The notes under the pieces were generated by a model that saw nothing but the letters and a program-made list of their open reading frames with translations, was not told where the DNA came from and searched no databases. Source: an uncultured Clostridia bacterium (GTDB lineage: Bacteria; Bacillota; Clostridia; Oscillospirales; Acutalibacteraceae). From it: a DNA stretch of 64,000 nt. The DNA lies in assembly GCA_937892525.1 (NCBI GenBank), contig CALAEV010000016.1:7889-71888 (forward strand), written 5' to 3'. Below, piece by piece: positions 29,819 to 38,332 of this stretch. The translations under genes and the position numbers were made by a program. Within the stretch, counting starts at the first letter, position 1. Each line of letters begins with the position of its first letter.

Positions 29819-29830
29819 ACAATATATTGT
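29819..29830. repeat. 12-bp perfect palindrome ACAATATATTGT, copy 2
   Basis: Exact repeat of 29760..29771, 59 bp centre to centre. Confidence 0.8.
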
Positions 29831-29837
29831 ATCACAA

Positions 29838-30986
29838 CTAATTTGATTTTGCAATTTTTATAAGAGATTTTATTAAAAAATCTATATCACTTTTTTTAGT
29901 GAAAATTGACGGAGAAATCCTGACAGTTCCTATATTTTCTGTGCCGAATTTTTTATGTGCCAAAGGTGCACAATGGAAGCCCGCCCTTACACATATTCCA
30001 AAGCTGCTCAATTTTTCTGCTACTACTTCACTATGCATACTTTTTATATTAAAAGAGAGTATTGGTGCAAGATGTTGGCTGTTATCATAAAAATTCGTAT
30101 AAAGAATTACGTTATCATTATTATCAATACTCTTTTGAAGATATCTTAATAGCAAGTTTTCGTGTTCATATATTCTTCTGACATTAAATCTCTTAATATA
30201 ATCAACAGCTGAAGAAAGACCGATAATTCCTTGAACATTTGGTGTTCCACTTTCAAATTTATCTGGCAATATATCAGGTTGAGTAGCGCTCATTGAGTTA
30301 CTGCCTGTACCACCTTCAATTATTGAATCAAGGTAAATATTGTTGTTTAATATCATTATTCCTGTTCCAGTTGGTCCCATAAGCCCTTTATGACCTGCAC
30401 AGCACAGAATATCAATGCAGTCTTTTTTCATATCAATAGGCACTACCCCTGCAATCTGTGAGCAATCCATAATAAATAGCAAATTGTTCTTATGAGCAAG
30501 ACTGGAAAGCATTTTATATGGTGGTATTATACCGAACACATTTGATGCACCTGTGCAGATTATTGCGACAGTATTATTTTTTATCTCATTCTTAAAATTT
30601 TTAAGTGTCTGGTAATCATCAATCGAAACTTTTGCTACGCTATAATTGCACACACCTTTTTGTTTCAGCGTTTCTAATGGCCGTAATACTGCATTATGCT
30701 CTAGGTCAGAAATAATAAAATGAGCATTATTTTTAGCTAATCCTTTAATTGCCATATTCAATGCAGATGTGCAGTTATAAGTGAATATTACATTTTCAAC
30801 GCCATCTGCCTTAAAGAAATCTGCTAACTTTTGACGGCATTTATAAATCTGTTCTGTAGTATCAATTGCCATTTCATAAGCACCTCTGCCAGAATTAGCA
30901 CCAAATTTATAAAATGAGTTGCAGACAGCTTCGGTTACACATTCAGGCTTCGGATAAGATGTTGCACTATTATCTAAATAAATCAT
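29838..30986 (-). CDS. Class V aminotransferase-fold cysteine desulfurase/selenocysteine-lyase family protein
   Basis: MIYLDNSATSYPKP at the N-terminus, the PLP lysine region CAGHKGLMGPTGTG, and GFHCAP near the C-terminus. Confidence 0.8.
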   Translation of the reverse strand: MIYLDNSATSYPKPECVTEAVCNSFYKFGANSGRGAYEMAIDTTEQIYKCRQKLADFFKADGVENVIFTYNCTSALNMAIKGLAKNNAHFIISDLEHNAVLRPLETLKQKGVCNYSVAKVSIDDYQTLKNFKNEIKNNTVAIICTGASNVFGIIPPYKMLSSLAHKNNLLFIMDCSQIAGVVPIDMKKDCIDILCCAGHKGLMGPTGTGIMILNNNIYLDSIIEGGTGSNSMSATQPDILPDKFESGTPNVQGIIGLSSAVDYIKRFNVRRIYEHENLLLRYLQKSIDNNDNVILYTNFYDNSQHLAPILSFNIKSMHSEVVAEKLSSFGICVRAGFHCAPLAHKKFGTENIGTVRISPSIFTKKSDIDFLIKSLIKIAKSN

Positions 30987-31214
30987 TTATATCATCTCAT
31001 AACTTACATATTTGACTCTGTTCAAATCAAACAAATTCAAAATTTTAGTCACATTACCTGTAATTATAAGACTATAACCACAACCCTCACCTGATGTGGC
31101 TTTTGTATTTTTTCTTATTATCGCTTTACCTCCGTAATTTTCAACAAGTCCTTTTGCTTTCATAGTATAAGTTACGGAGGAAAACTTTACAATTGCTTTA
31201 TTCATTGTAAACAT
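30987..31214 (-). CDS. DUF3343-like small protein (putative S/Se carrier), 75 aa
   Basis: The track ORF 30987..31418 overlaps ispF by 128 nt in another frame. I trimmed it to MFTMNKAIVKFSSVTYTMKAKGLVENYGG...GEGCGYSLII. The stop abuts the desulfurase start. Pattern and context fit DUF3343, called from memory. Confidence 0.6.
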   Translation of the reverse strand: MFTMNKAIVKFSSVTYTMKAKGLVENYGGKAIIRKNTKATSGEGCGYSLIITGNVTKILNLFDLNRVKYVSYEMI

Positions 31215-31290
31215 CACCCGATATATACTATGATGATGAAATTTTTTTGATAAAAAAATACCTGCTATCAAGTGACAACAGGTAATACTT

Positions 31291-31785
31291 TTATATGAAT
31301 TTAATTTTTTTAGATTCAACAAGGCAGACACAATGTGCCGATATGCCCTCTTTAGCACCTGTGAAACCAAGTTTTTCTTCAGTAGTTGCTTTAACACTAA
31401 CACAGTCAACACTAACACCGAGGGCTATTGCAATATTTTCACGCATTTTATCAATAAATGGTGCAAGTTTTGGCGCTTGAGCAATAACTGTTGCATCAAT
31501 GTTGTTGACTACAAAACCTTTTAATTTTATAAGCTCAACAACTTTTTTCAAGAGTTCAAGACTATCTGCATCTTTGAAGTTTGCATCAGTATCAGGAAAA
31601 TGCTTACCGATATCACCCAACGCACAAGCACCAAGTAAGGAATCGGAAATAGCATGCAGTAAAACATCGGCGTCCGAATGACCTAAAAGACCAATTCCGT
31701 TGTTGTCAATTTCTACACCACCGAGGATTAATTTTCTACCTTCAACAAGTTTATGAACATCGTAGCCGTGGCCTATTCTAAGCAT
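31291..31785 (-). CDS. ispF: 2-C-methyl-D-erythritol 2,4-cyclodiphosphate synthase
   Basis: Motifs [32 protein letters not shown]. Confidence 0.92.
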   Translation of the reverse strand: MLRIGHGYDVHKLVEGRKLILGGVEIDNNGIGLLGHSDADVLLHAISDSLLGACALGDIGKHFPDTDANFKDADSLELLKKVVELIKLKGFVVNNIDATVIAQAPKLAPFIDKMRENIAIALGVSVDCVSVKATTEEKLGFTGAKEGISAHCVCLVESKKIKFI

Positions 31786-32498
31786 TATGCTCCCCTCCTG
31801 CGTTTAAGATAACTTTCTGCTAATTCAATATCTTCAGGTGTTGTGATTTTTATGTTTTCATAATCGCCATCAACAAATTTTACAGTTCTACCATAAGCTT
31901 CAATAAGCTTACAATCATCAGTAAAATCCTTACTGTTTTCAACAGTTTTAACTGCATTAAGATAAAGTTTTTTATCAAACACTTGTGGTGTCTGAATAAA
32001 GCGCATATAGGCTCTGTCAGGTGTATCAATAATGTTATCATTATCATCAACAACCTTAACTGTATCTTTTACTTTAACGCCTGTTGCAGCAGCACCAAAT
32101 TCTGCAGCAGCTTTGATTGTTTCTTCAATGACCTTAACTGTAACGAGCGGTCTCGCACCATCGTGGATTACAACTAAATCAGCAATATTTGAAGTACTTG
32201 TTACACCTTCGTAAACACTTAATTGTCTTGTTTCGCCACCTAGGACTATGTTACTAACTTTATTAAAGTCATATTTTTCAACGAGTTTTGCAATTTCACC
32301 AATATCACATTCACGAGTAACAATAATAATTTCATCAATCATATTACAGCGTTGAAACATGGTTATTGTGTTGACAATTACAGGTGAACCATCAAGCTCA
32401 AAAAATTGTTTGTTGATGCCACCCATTCGGGTTGAATTACCTGCCGAAACAATTACGGCAGAAACTATTTTATTTTCTTTTTCCGTAATTTTCAGCAT
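31785..32498 (-). CDS. ispD: 2-C-methyl-D-erythritol 4-phosphate cytidylyltransferase
   Basis: [20 protein letters not shown] and IQTPQ motifs; overlaps the ispF start. Confidence 0.9.
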   Translation of the reverse strand: MLKITEKENKIVSAVIVSAGNSTRMGGINKQFFELDGSPVIVNTITMFQRCNMIDEIIIVTRECDIGEIAKLVEKYDFNKVSNIVLGGETRQLSVYEGVTSTSNIADLVVIHDGARPLVTVKVIEETIKAAAEFGAAATGVKVKDTVKVVDDNDNIIDTPDRAYMRFIQTPQVFDKKLYLNAVKTVENSKDFTDDCKLIEAYGRTVKFVDGDYENIKITTPEDIELAESYLKRRRGA

Positions 32499-32509
32499 AA
32501 CGGTACCTC

Positions 32510-33778
32510 TTATATTAAAGCTTCAATAGCAGCAAGTTTTGCACAAAGGCAGAAAACCTCCATAGCTTTGCCTAAGTTTTCAACTGATGGGAATGTTGGT
32601 GCAATTCTGATATTCTTATCATCAGGGTCAACACCATAAGGATATGTTGCACCTACTGTTGTAAGCACAAGTCCTGCTTCTTTACAAAGTTCACCAATTC
32701 TTTTTGCACTTGAGCCAACTGTGTTATAACTAATGAAATAGCCACCCTTTGCTTTTACCCATTCGCCGATACCAAGTGGTGCGATTTCTTTTTCAAGCAT
32801 ATCGAGTACAAGTTGGAATTTTGGTGCAATAATTTTTGCATGTTTTTCCATATGTGCTTTAATTCCGTCAACGTTCTTAAAGTACTTTACATGACGAAGT
32901 TGATTAAGTTTATCATAACTGATTGTTTGGAAATTAAGGCGTTTCTTAATCTCTGCAATGTTATTGTCAGAAGCGGCAATAGCAGAAACACCAGCGCCTG
33001 GGAATGAAATTTTTGCAGTTGATGTGAATTCAACAAAATTGTCTTCTGTGCCGAATTCTTTACAAACATCAAAAATGTTCAAAAGATTGTCAGGTGTATC
33101 AGTTAATTCATGAATGATATAAGCATTGTCCCAGATTACTCTGAAATCTTTAGCCGCAGGTTTAAGAGCTGCAAGTGCTTTCACTCTTTCATCACTATAT
33201 GTTACGCCATTTGGATTTGAGTATTTGGGCACACAGAACATACCCTTAACCATTGGGTCTTTTACAAGTTCAGCAATCTTATCAACATCAGGACCAAATT
33301 CATCCATTTCAACAGAAATCATTTCAATACCAAAGAATTCGGTAATTGCAAAGTGTCTGTCATAACCAGGAACATTGCAGATAAACTTAACTTTACCCTG
33401 TTTGCTCCAAGGTTCACAACCACCAACACCTAAATACATACACTGATTAAGATAGTCATACATAAGGTTAAGTGAAGATGAGCCACCAATAATAATATTC
33501 TTTGTGTCAACCTGAAGTAAATCTGCAAAAAGTTTTTTACATTCAGGAATGCCGTCAAGCACACCATAGTTACGACAATCAAAGCCATTTTCAGCTTTGC
33601 ACTCGTCAGCAGTAGTCATAACGCTTAACATATCAACTGATAAATCAAGTTGGTCTGCACCTGGCTTACCACGCGACATATCAAGTGAAAGTCCAAGTGA
33701 CTTAACTTCTTCATATTTCTTTTCAAGTTCGTTTTTAAGAGAAATAAGTTCATCTCTGCTCATTTCATTGTAAAGCAT
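32510..33778 (-). CDS. PLP-dependent aminotransferase (PF12897-type aspartate aminotransferase-like family)
   Basis: LDMSRGKPGADQLDLS near the N-terminus, VPKYSNPNG, and the STAKISFPGAG lysine region. Confidence 0.75.
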   Translation of the reverse strand: MLYNEMSRDELISLKNELEKKYEEVKSLGLSLDMSRGKPGADQLDLSVDMLSVMTTADECKAENGFDCRNYGVLDGIPECKKLFADLLQVDTKNIIIGGSSSLNLMYDYLNQCMYLGVGGCEPWSKQGKVKFICNVPGYDRHFAITEFFGIEMISVEMDEFGPDVDKIAELVKDPMVKGMFCVPKYSNPNGVTYSDERVKALAALKPAAKDFRVIWDNAYIIHELTDTPDNLLNIFDVCKEFGTEDNFVEFTSTAKISFPGAGVSAIAASDNNIAEIKKRLNFQTISYDKLNQLRHVKYFKNVDGIKAHMEKHAKIIAPKFQLVLDMLEKEIAPLGIGEWVKAKGGYFISYNTVGSSAKRIGELCKEAGLVLTTVGATYPYGVDPDDKNIRIAPTFPSVENLGKAMEVFCLCAKLAAIEALI

Positions 33779-33807
33779 GGGATAACCTCCAAATTAAATT
33801 TCGATAT

Positions 33808-33836
33808 ATTATATAGTAATTATCATATTTTTGCAA
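33808..33836 (-). promoter_or_regulatory. Sigma-A type promoter for the aminotransferase-ispDF unit (TTGCAA-17-TATAAT)
   Basis: Read on the minus strand: TTGCAA at 33836..33831, a 17-nt spacer, TATAAT at 33813..33808. About 30 nt upstream of the start codon. Confidence 0.5.
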
Positions 33837-33920
33837 GTGAATAATCAAAAAACTGCATTTTTATCAAACAATTGTCAAAATCGACACTTATTTTGAATAA
33901 TTTGACAATAAAATTTGCAA

Positions 33921-35219
33921 TTATTTGCGCTTTGCAAACAATCTTGGCAATATTATTGGTCTCTTGCCCTCTATTTTTTCAATTTGATTTAATAAATGCG
34001 TTCTTAATGATTTTTTGATTTTGTCATACTCTTTTGATTTTATTAAATTATGCTTTTGCGCTCTATCTTTATTGTTGTCATAAAGATAATCTTCAAAATA
34101 GATATTAGAATGTGAAGACAAAAGTTTAGCACAAGAAACTGAATATGTATAATCTTTTGTTCTTATAGCACGGCCACACTGACTTTCACTGATTTGCACA
34201 AACACAAATCCGTAATCGTCTTTTGTTTGAATTGGTTCACCTTGATAATGTTCAGGTGGGTATATTAAACCTGAATAAAGGATTGTTGGTGGCAAATCAA
34301 TAAGACTTACCATTTTATTTTCAACTTTGCCTTTTTCAAATCCGTTACCCTTAATTACAAGTGGAATATGAATTGATGCATCGTGACAACTACGCTTATA
34401 CTCTGCATTTCGTGTTTTGAAATGGCAACCGTGGTCAGATGTATAAATGATTGTTGTATTATCATAAATGCCTTTTGCCTTTAAAGTGTCAATGAGCCTA
34501 CCAAGATTATCATCAAGGCTTTCTATTGCTGCAAGGTAATCAGGGTATTGCTCTTTATAGTTTCCTTTTAGATGTGTTAAATCTTCAGGGATTGGATAAT
34601 CTTTATATTTTTCTACTTTTTCTGTTGGACCTTCAAATCTTTTATGGTCGTTTTGGTGATGTGGCTCAAGTTGAGAAATAAACAAGAAAAACGGTTTATC
34701 GCTATTATGATTTTCAATATATTCAATTGCAAAATCATTAATCTTATCTGCTCGATAACCCTTAAATTCTATTTTATTCCCCTTTTCGTCAAACACATAA
34801 CCGTCGTAACCGTGAGAGGTAAATTCAAGCACATCAGCACCACGAAAATACTTATAACCCCAAAGTCGATTTTCTGGTATTGCAGTTTTTTCGCATTTTA
34901 TATTATCCCCACCATTTTTACCAGATGCGAGGTGCAATTTACCGATATATGCAGTATCATAACCATTTTTGTTAAAATAATCTGCAAGAGATTTTGCATC
35001 ATCACGAAGTGGTATTCCGTTTATATGACAGCCACATTCAGTAGGATACACACCTGTTTGTAAACTTGCTCTTGCAGGTCCACAAACTGGCTGACAAGTA
35101 TAACAATTTTCAAAGAATGTACCCTCATCTGCAAGTGCCATAAGATTAGGCATAATCTCACTATTTACGGTATTATATCTTTGCTGGTCAGAAAAATAGA
35201 AAATAATGTTATCTTTCAT
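33921..35219 (-). CDS. Cys-type sulfatase, no signal peptide
   Basis: Formylglycine signature VCGPARASLQTG (C-x-P-x-R), plus DHGCH and a metal-binding N-terminus FSDQQR. I chose ATG 35219 (MKDNIIFYF) with GGAG 6 nt upstream. Confidence 0.85.
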   Translation of the reverse strand: MKDNIIFYFSDQQRYNTVNSEIMPNLMALADEGTFFENCYTCQPVCGPARASLQTGVYPTECGCHINGIPLRDDAKSLADYFNKNGYDTAYIGKLHLASGKNGGDNIKCEKTAIPENRLWGYKYFRGADVLEFTSHGYDGYVFDEKGNKIEFKGYRADKINDFAIEYIENHNSDKPFFLFISQLEPHHQNDHKRFEGPTEKVEKYKDYPIPEDLTHLKGNYKEQYPDYLAAIESLDDNLGRLIDTLKAKGIYDNTTIIYTSDHGCHFKTRNAEYKRSCHDASIHIPLVIKGNGFEKGKVENKMVSLIDLPPTILYSGLIYPPEHYQGEPIQTKDDYGFVFVQISESQCGRAIRTKDYTYSVSCAKLLSSHSNIYFEDYLYDNNKDRAQKHNLIKSKEYDKIKKSLRTHLLNQIEKIEGKRPIILPRLFAKRK

Positions 35220-35298
35220 TTTTATCTCCAAATAATTAATAAAATCATTATATCATAAATGCAAGAATTTACAATTAAAAATAATCGATATTTATAAT

Positions 35299-35336
35299 AA
35301 AATTAGCCGATGGTGGAGTATCCCATCGGCTTTTGT
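35299..35336. terminator. Bidirectional-looking rho-independent terminator
   Basis: GCCGATGG-tggagtatc-CCATCGGC with AAAA upstream and TTTT downstream. On the minus strand it follows the 59-aa ORF and repeat copy C. Confidence 0.6.
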
Positions 35337-35374
35337 GTGAATATTAAGTTTTAGTTGTTGGATTTGTCCGAAGG

Positions 35375-35390
35375 CAAGGAACCGTCCCCT
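35375..35390 (-). repeat. GGGGACGGTTCCTTG repeat, inverted copy (C)
   Basis: The top strand reads CAAGGAACCGTCCCCT, the reverse complement of the core at 35660..35675. Confidence 0.8.
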
Positions 35391-35434
35391 AATTGGTTTT
35401 TCCTCTCTGTGTTCTGTAGCAATAATTGTTATTA

Positions 35435-35614
35435 TTATTTTAAAAAGCCCTTTATTCGTAGGATAATAAAAACCAACAATCCATTGATACACGCAATGAG
35501 TAAAGTTTGAATATACGTGTTATCAATTATTAAAAATAATGTGTGCTCAACAATCATATCTACAATAAAAATTAAGATAAATGCAATAATAAAGATTAAA
35601 AAAATTTTTTTCAT
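35435..35614 (-). CDS. Small membrane protein, 59 aa, two TM helices
   Basis: GGTGA lies 5 nt before ATG 35614. Translation: MKKIFLIFIIAFILIFIVDMIVEHTLFLIIDNTYIQTLLIACINGLLVFIILRIKGFLK. Followed by the terminator at 35299..35336. I recognise no homology. Confidence 0.45.
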   Translation of the reverse strand: MKKIFLIFIIAFILIFIVDMIVEHTLFLIIDNTYIQTLLIACINGLLVFIILRIKGFLK

Positions 35615-35653
35615 TGTTTTCACCAAATAGTATAAGATTTAGCTTTTATTTCG

Positions 35654-35722
35654 ACAATCAGGGGACGGTTCCTTGATTGGAATAGAATCCCCTTAAAAAT
35701 TTAATCTGACCTTAAATTTAAT
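35654..35722 (+). repeat. About 69-bp repeat unit, copy A (core ACAATCAGGGGACGGTTCCTTGATTG)
   Basis: Aligns with 35780..35848 at roughly three quarters identity by eye, including the downstream AAAAATT.AAT.TGACCTTAA block. Confidence 0.75.
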
Positions 35723-35763
35723 ATATCAAAAATTTGTTTTATTGTCAATAATTAACTTCTTTA

Positions 35764-35848
35764 ACAATTGGGGGACGTAACAATCGGGGGACGGTTTCTT
35801 GATTGAACTAAATACGCTACAAAAATTAATATGACCTTAACCTGAATG
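35764..35848 (+). repeat. Repeat copy B, preceded by a 14-nt half copy (ACAATTGGGGGACG then ACAATCGGGGGACGGTTTCTTGATTG)
   Basis: Direct repeat of copy A. The first 14 nt are tandemly duplicated (35764..35777 and 35780..35793). Confidence 0.75.
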
Positions 35849-36015
35849 TTTCACTTGAAAATTTAATAATCAATAAGAGCTGTACGCTTGTCAACCCCTA
35901 CAAAGCAGGTGTTATAAGGTTTCGTGGGGCGTTGTGCTCACAATATACGTTAAAATTATTGAAAACGGTGAGTTTATGTGTTACAATAATTTTAAATTAT
36001 TTTAGGAGTGTTTAT

Positions 36016-36963
36016 ATGTATATTCTTAAATTAAAACCTGTTTTCAAAGACTATCTTTGGGGTGGTACAAAGCTTCGTGATGAATACGGATTTGAGTCAG
36101 ACCTTACAAAACTTGCTGAAGGTTGGATGCTTTCTTGCCACAAAGACGGAGAAAACACAATCGAGAATGGCGAATTTGCAGGTAAAACTTTAACAGAAGT
36201 TGTTAAATCAAATCCTGACTTTTTAGGTGAAAACGGAAAGAAATTTGAATACTTCCCTATTCTTATAAAACTTATTGACGCAAAAGATGATTTATCTGTG
36301 CAAGTACACCCTGACAACGAATACGCTATGCGCGTTGAAAATGAATACGGCAAAACAGAATGTTGGTATATTCTAGACTGTGATAAGGGTGCAGAGCTTA
36401 TTTATGGCTTTAACCGTGAAATAAGCAGTGAAGAATTCAAAAATAGAATTGCAGATAACACATTTCTTGAAACAGTAAACAAAGTTAAAGTTAAAAAAGG
36501 TGATTTATTCTTTATTGAAGCAGGTACACTCCACGCAATTGGAAAAGGTATATTGCTTGCAGAAATTCAGCAAAATTCCAACACTACTTACAGAGTTTAT
36601 GACTATGGTCGCCTTGGTGCAGATGGCAAGCCACGTGATTTGCATGTTCAAAAGGCAATTGATGTTACAAACTGCACACCACCTACACGCTCAACAAATC
36701 CTGAGGGTAAATTGGTTGAATATGAGGATTACTCAACACAGTTACTTACTAAATGTGACTTATTCAATGTTAAAAAAGTTACTGTCAAGAATATTTTTGA
36801 CGGTGTTGCAGATGAAAAATCATTTGTATCAGTACTTGTTACTAATGGCATAGGTAAAATCGAAAATATTGACATAAAAAAAGGAGATTCGCTCTTTATT
36901 CCTGCAAATTATGGCACATTCACTATTTCAGGTAGTTTAGAGGTTATTATTACAAGAGTATAA
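36016..36963 (+). CDS. manA: Mannose-6-phosphate isomerase, class I
   Basis: AGGAG lies 7 nt before ATG 36016. Motifs LKPVFKDYLWGG, LSVQVHPD, KTECWYIL, GTLHAIG. The track start (35932) extends into the leader. Confidence 0.88.
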   Translation: MYILKLKPVFKDYLWGGTKLRDEYGFESDLTKLAEGWMLSCHKDGENTIENGEFAGKTLTEVVKSNPDFLGENGKKFEYFPILIKLIDAKDDLSVQVHPDNEYAMRVENEYGKTECWYILDCDKGAELIYGFNREISSEEFKNRIADNTFLETVNKVKVKKGDLFFIEAGTLHAIGKGILLAEIQQNSNTTYRVYDYGRLGADGKPRDLHVQKAIDVTNCTPPTRSTNPEGKLVEYEDYSTQLLTKCDLFNVKKVTVKNIFDGVADEKSFVSVLVTNGIGKIENIDIKKGDSLFIPANYGTFTISGSLEVIITRV

Positions 36964-36964
36964 A

Positions 36965-38200
36965 ATGAGAAACAGAACATTCACCGGCACTAAAATTGCT
37001 TGTTACATAGGTTATATTGTACAAGGAATAATAAATAATATTTCACCATTACTTTTTGTAATCTTCAGTGAAAAGTTTGATATTACACTTTCACGACTTT
37101 CGCTTTTAATTACAATAAACTTTGGTACTCAATTAGTAGTTGATACATTATCAATAAAATTTGTTGACAGAATCGGTTACAAAAGGCTTGCTATTCTTTC
37201 ACAAGCAGTAACTTTTGTGGGACTTTCTTGCCTTTCAATACTACCAAACATACTAAGTAACGCATATATTGGAATTGTAATTGCCATTATGCTTTCTGCT
37301 ATTGGTAGTGGACTTACTGAAGTTATTATAAGCCCAATAGTTGAGTCAATACCAGGCGAAAAGAAAACTGCAGAGATGAGTTTATTACACTCGTTTTATT
37401 GTTGGGGACAAGTTACAGTTGTTGCGTTGACAACTATTATGATTAAGATTTTTGGTAACGATTTATGGTATATAGCCCCTGCTATTTGGGCTTTAATCCC
37501 ATTATTTAACACTTTCAATTTTATTGGTGTACCAATTGTACCAAATCTTACAAAAGAGGAAAAAACACCATTTTTTAAAATGCTTTTGTCAAAGCAATTT
37601 ATATTATGTATTGTTATTATGATTTGTTCAGGTGCATCTGAAATTGCAATGTCACAATGGTCATCTTACTTTGCAGAGGCAGGTTTAAAGGTTTCAAAAA
37701 TGACAGGTGATTTATTAGGTCCTTGTCTTTTTGCTATCTTTATGGGCACAGGCAGAATGATATTTGGATTTATTGGCGAAAAAATAAATCTTAAAACTGC
37801 ACTTTGCTGTTCAGCTGGTTTCTGTGGTGCTTGTTATGTACTTACATCTGTAATTGAAAGTCCTATAATTTCACTTGTTATGTGCGCTCTTACAGGTTTA
37901 AGCGTAAGTATTATGTGGCCTGCGACATTAAGTCTTGCTGCAAGATTATTCCCAAAAGCAGGTGGCGCTATGTATAGTGTTCTTGCGCTTTCAGGTGACT
38001 CAGGTTGCACATTAGGTCCTTGGTTTGTAAGTTTTATGTCGATAAAGCTTTCTCTTGAAAACACTGGTGGTGAAGCGTTAAAATCAGGACTTGGTTTTGG
38101 TGCAGTTTTCCCAGTAATAATGATTGTTGCAATATTACTTTTGAATTACAGAAAGTTCGGTATTGACAAACAAAACAACAGTGATATAATGAAAATATGA
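36965..38200 (+). CDS. MFS transporter
   Basis: About 12 predicted TM helices. The ATG lies 1 nt after the manA stop, so it is probably co-transcribed. Substrate not inferable. Confidence 0.75.
   Translation: MRNRTFTGTKIACYIGYIVQGIINNISPLLFVIFSEKFDITLSRLSLLITINFGTQLVVDTLSIKFVDRIGYKRLAILSQAVTFVGLSCLSILPNILSNAYIGIVIAIMLSAIGSGLTEVIISPIVESIPGEKKTAEMSLLHSFYCWGQVTVVALTTIMIKIFGNDLWYIAPAIWALIPLFNTFNFIGVPIVPNLTKEEKTPFFKMLLSKQFILCIVIMICSGASEIAMSQWSSYFAEAGLKVSKMTGDLLGPCLFAIFMGTGRMIFGFIGEKINLKTALCCSAGFCGACYVLTSVIESPIISLVMCALTGLSVSIMWPATLSLAARLFPKAGGAMYSVLALSGDSGCTLGPWFVSFMSIKLSLENTGGEALKSGLGFGAVFPVIMIVAILLLNYRKFGIDKQNNSDIMKI
38163..38190 (+). promoter_or_regulatory. Consensus sigma-A promoter (TTGACA-16-TGaTATAAT) inside the last 40 nt of the MFS gene
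   Basis: TTGACA at 38163..38168 and TATAAT at 38185..38190 with a TG extended -10. It is positioned to start transcription just before the FMN riboswitch. Confidence 0.6.
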
Positions 38201-38203
38201 TAT

Positions 38204-38312
38204 AGTTGTCTTCAGGGCGGAGTGCAATTCTCCACCGGTGGTAAAAGTCCACGAGCAAATGCTGATTAGGTGAAATTCCTAAACCGACGGTATAGTCCGG
38301 ATGAAAGAAGAT
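38204..38312 (+). ncRNA. FMN riboswitch (RFN element)
   Basis: CUUCAGGGCGGAGUGCAAUUCUCCACCGGUGGUAAAAGUCCACGAGC...GGUGAAAUUCCUAAACCGACGGUAUAGUCCGGAUGAAAGAAGA matches the conserved RFN core nearly position for position. Followed by a terminator and ribU. Confidence 0.9.
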
Positions 38313-38332
38313 GCAACATTTTTTGTTACACC

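Noticed and set aside
31215-31418. N-terminal half of the 143-aa track ORF 30987..31418
   Set aside because: It overlaps the well-supported ispF 3' end in another frame. Only the distal 75 codons are kept, as the DUF3343-like gene.
33871-33909. Inverted repeat ATTGTCAAA-n21-TTTGACAAT between the sulfatase and the aminotransferase
   Set aside because: The stem is AT-only with a 21-nt loop and no clear T-run. It is equally explained as a weak terminator or as chance in AT-rich DNA, so I did not call it a feature.
35362-35850. Tn3-family-like terminal inverted repeats / MITE interpretation of the GGGG-initiated repeats
   Set aside because: The inverted copy and copy A face outward relative to the segment between them (CCCC-3' at 35390, 5'-GGGG at 35661), so they do not bracket an element. 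The Tn3-type ...ACGCTAAG end is not matched. There is no transposase, resolvase or target duplication. I kept it as an unexplained repeat family instead.
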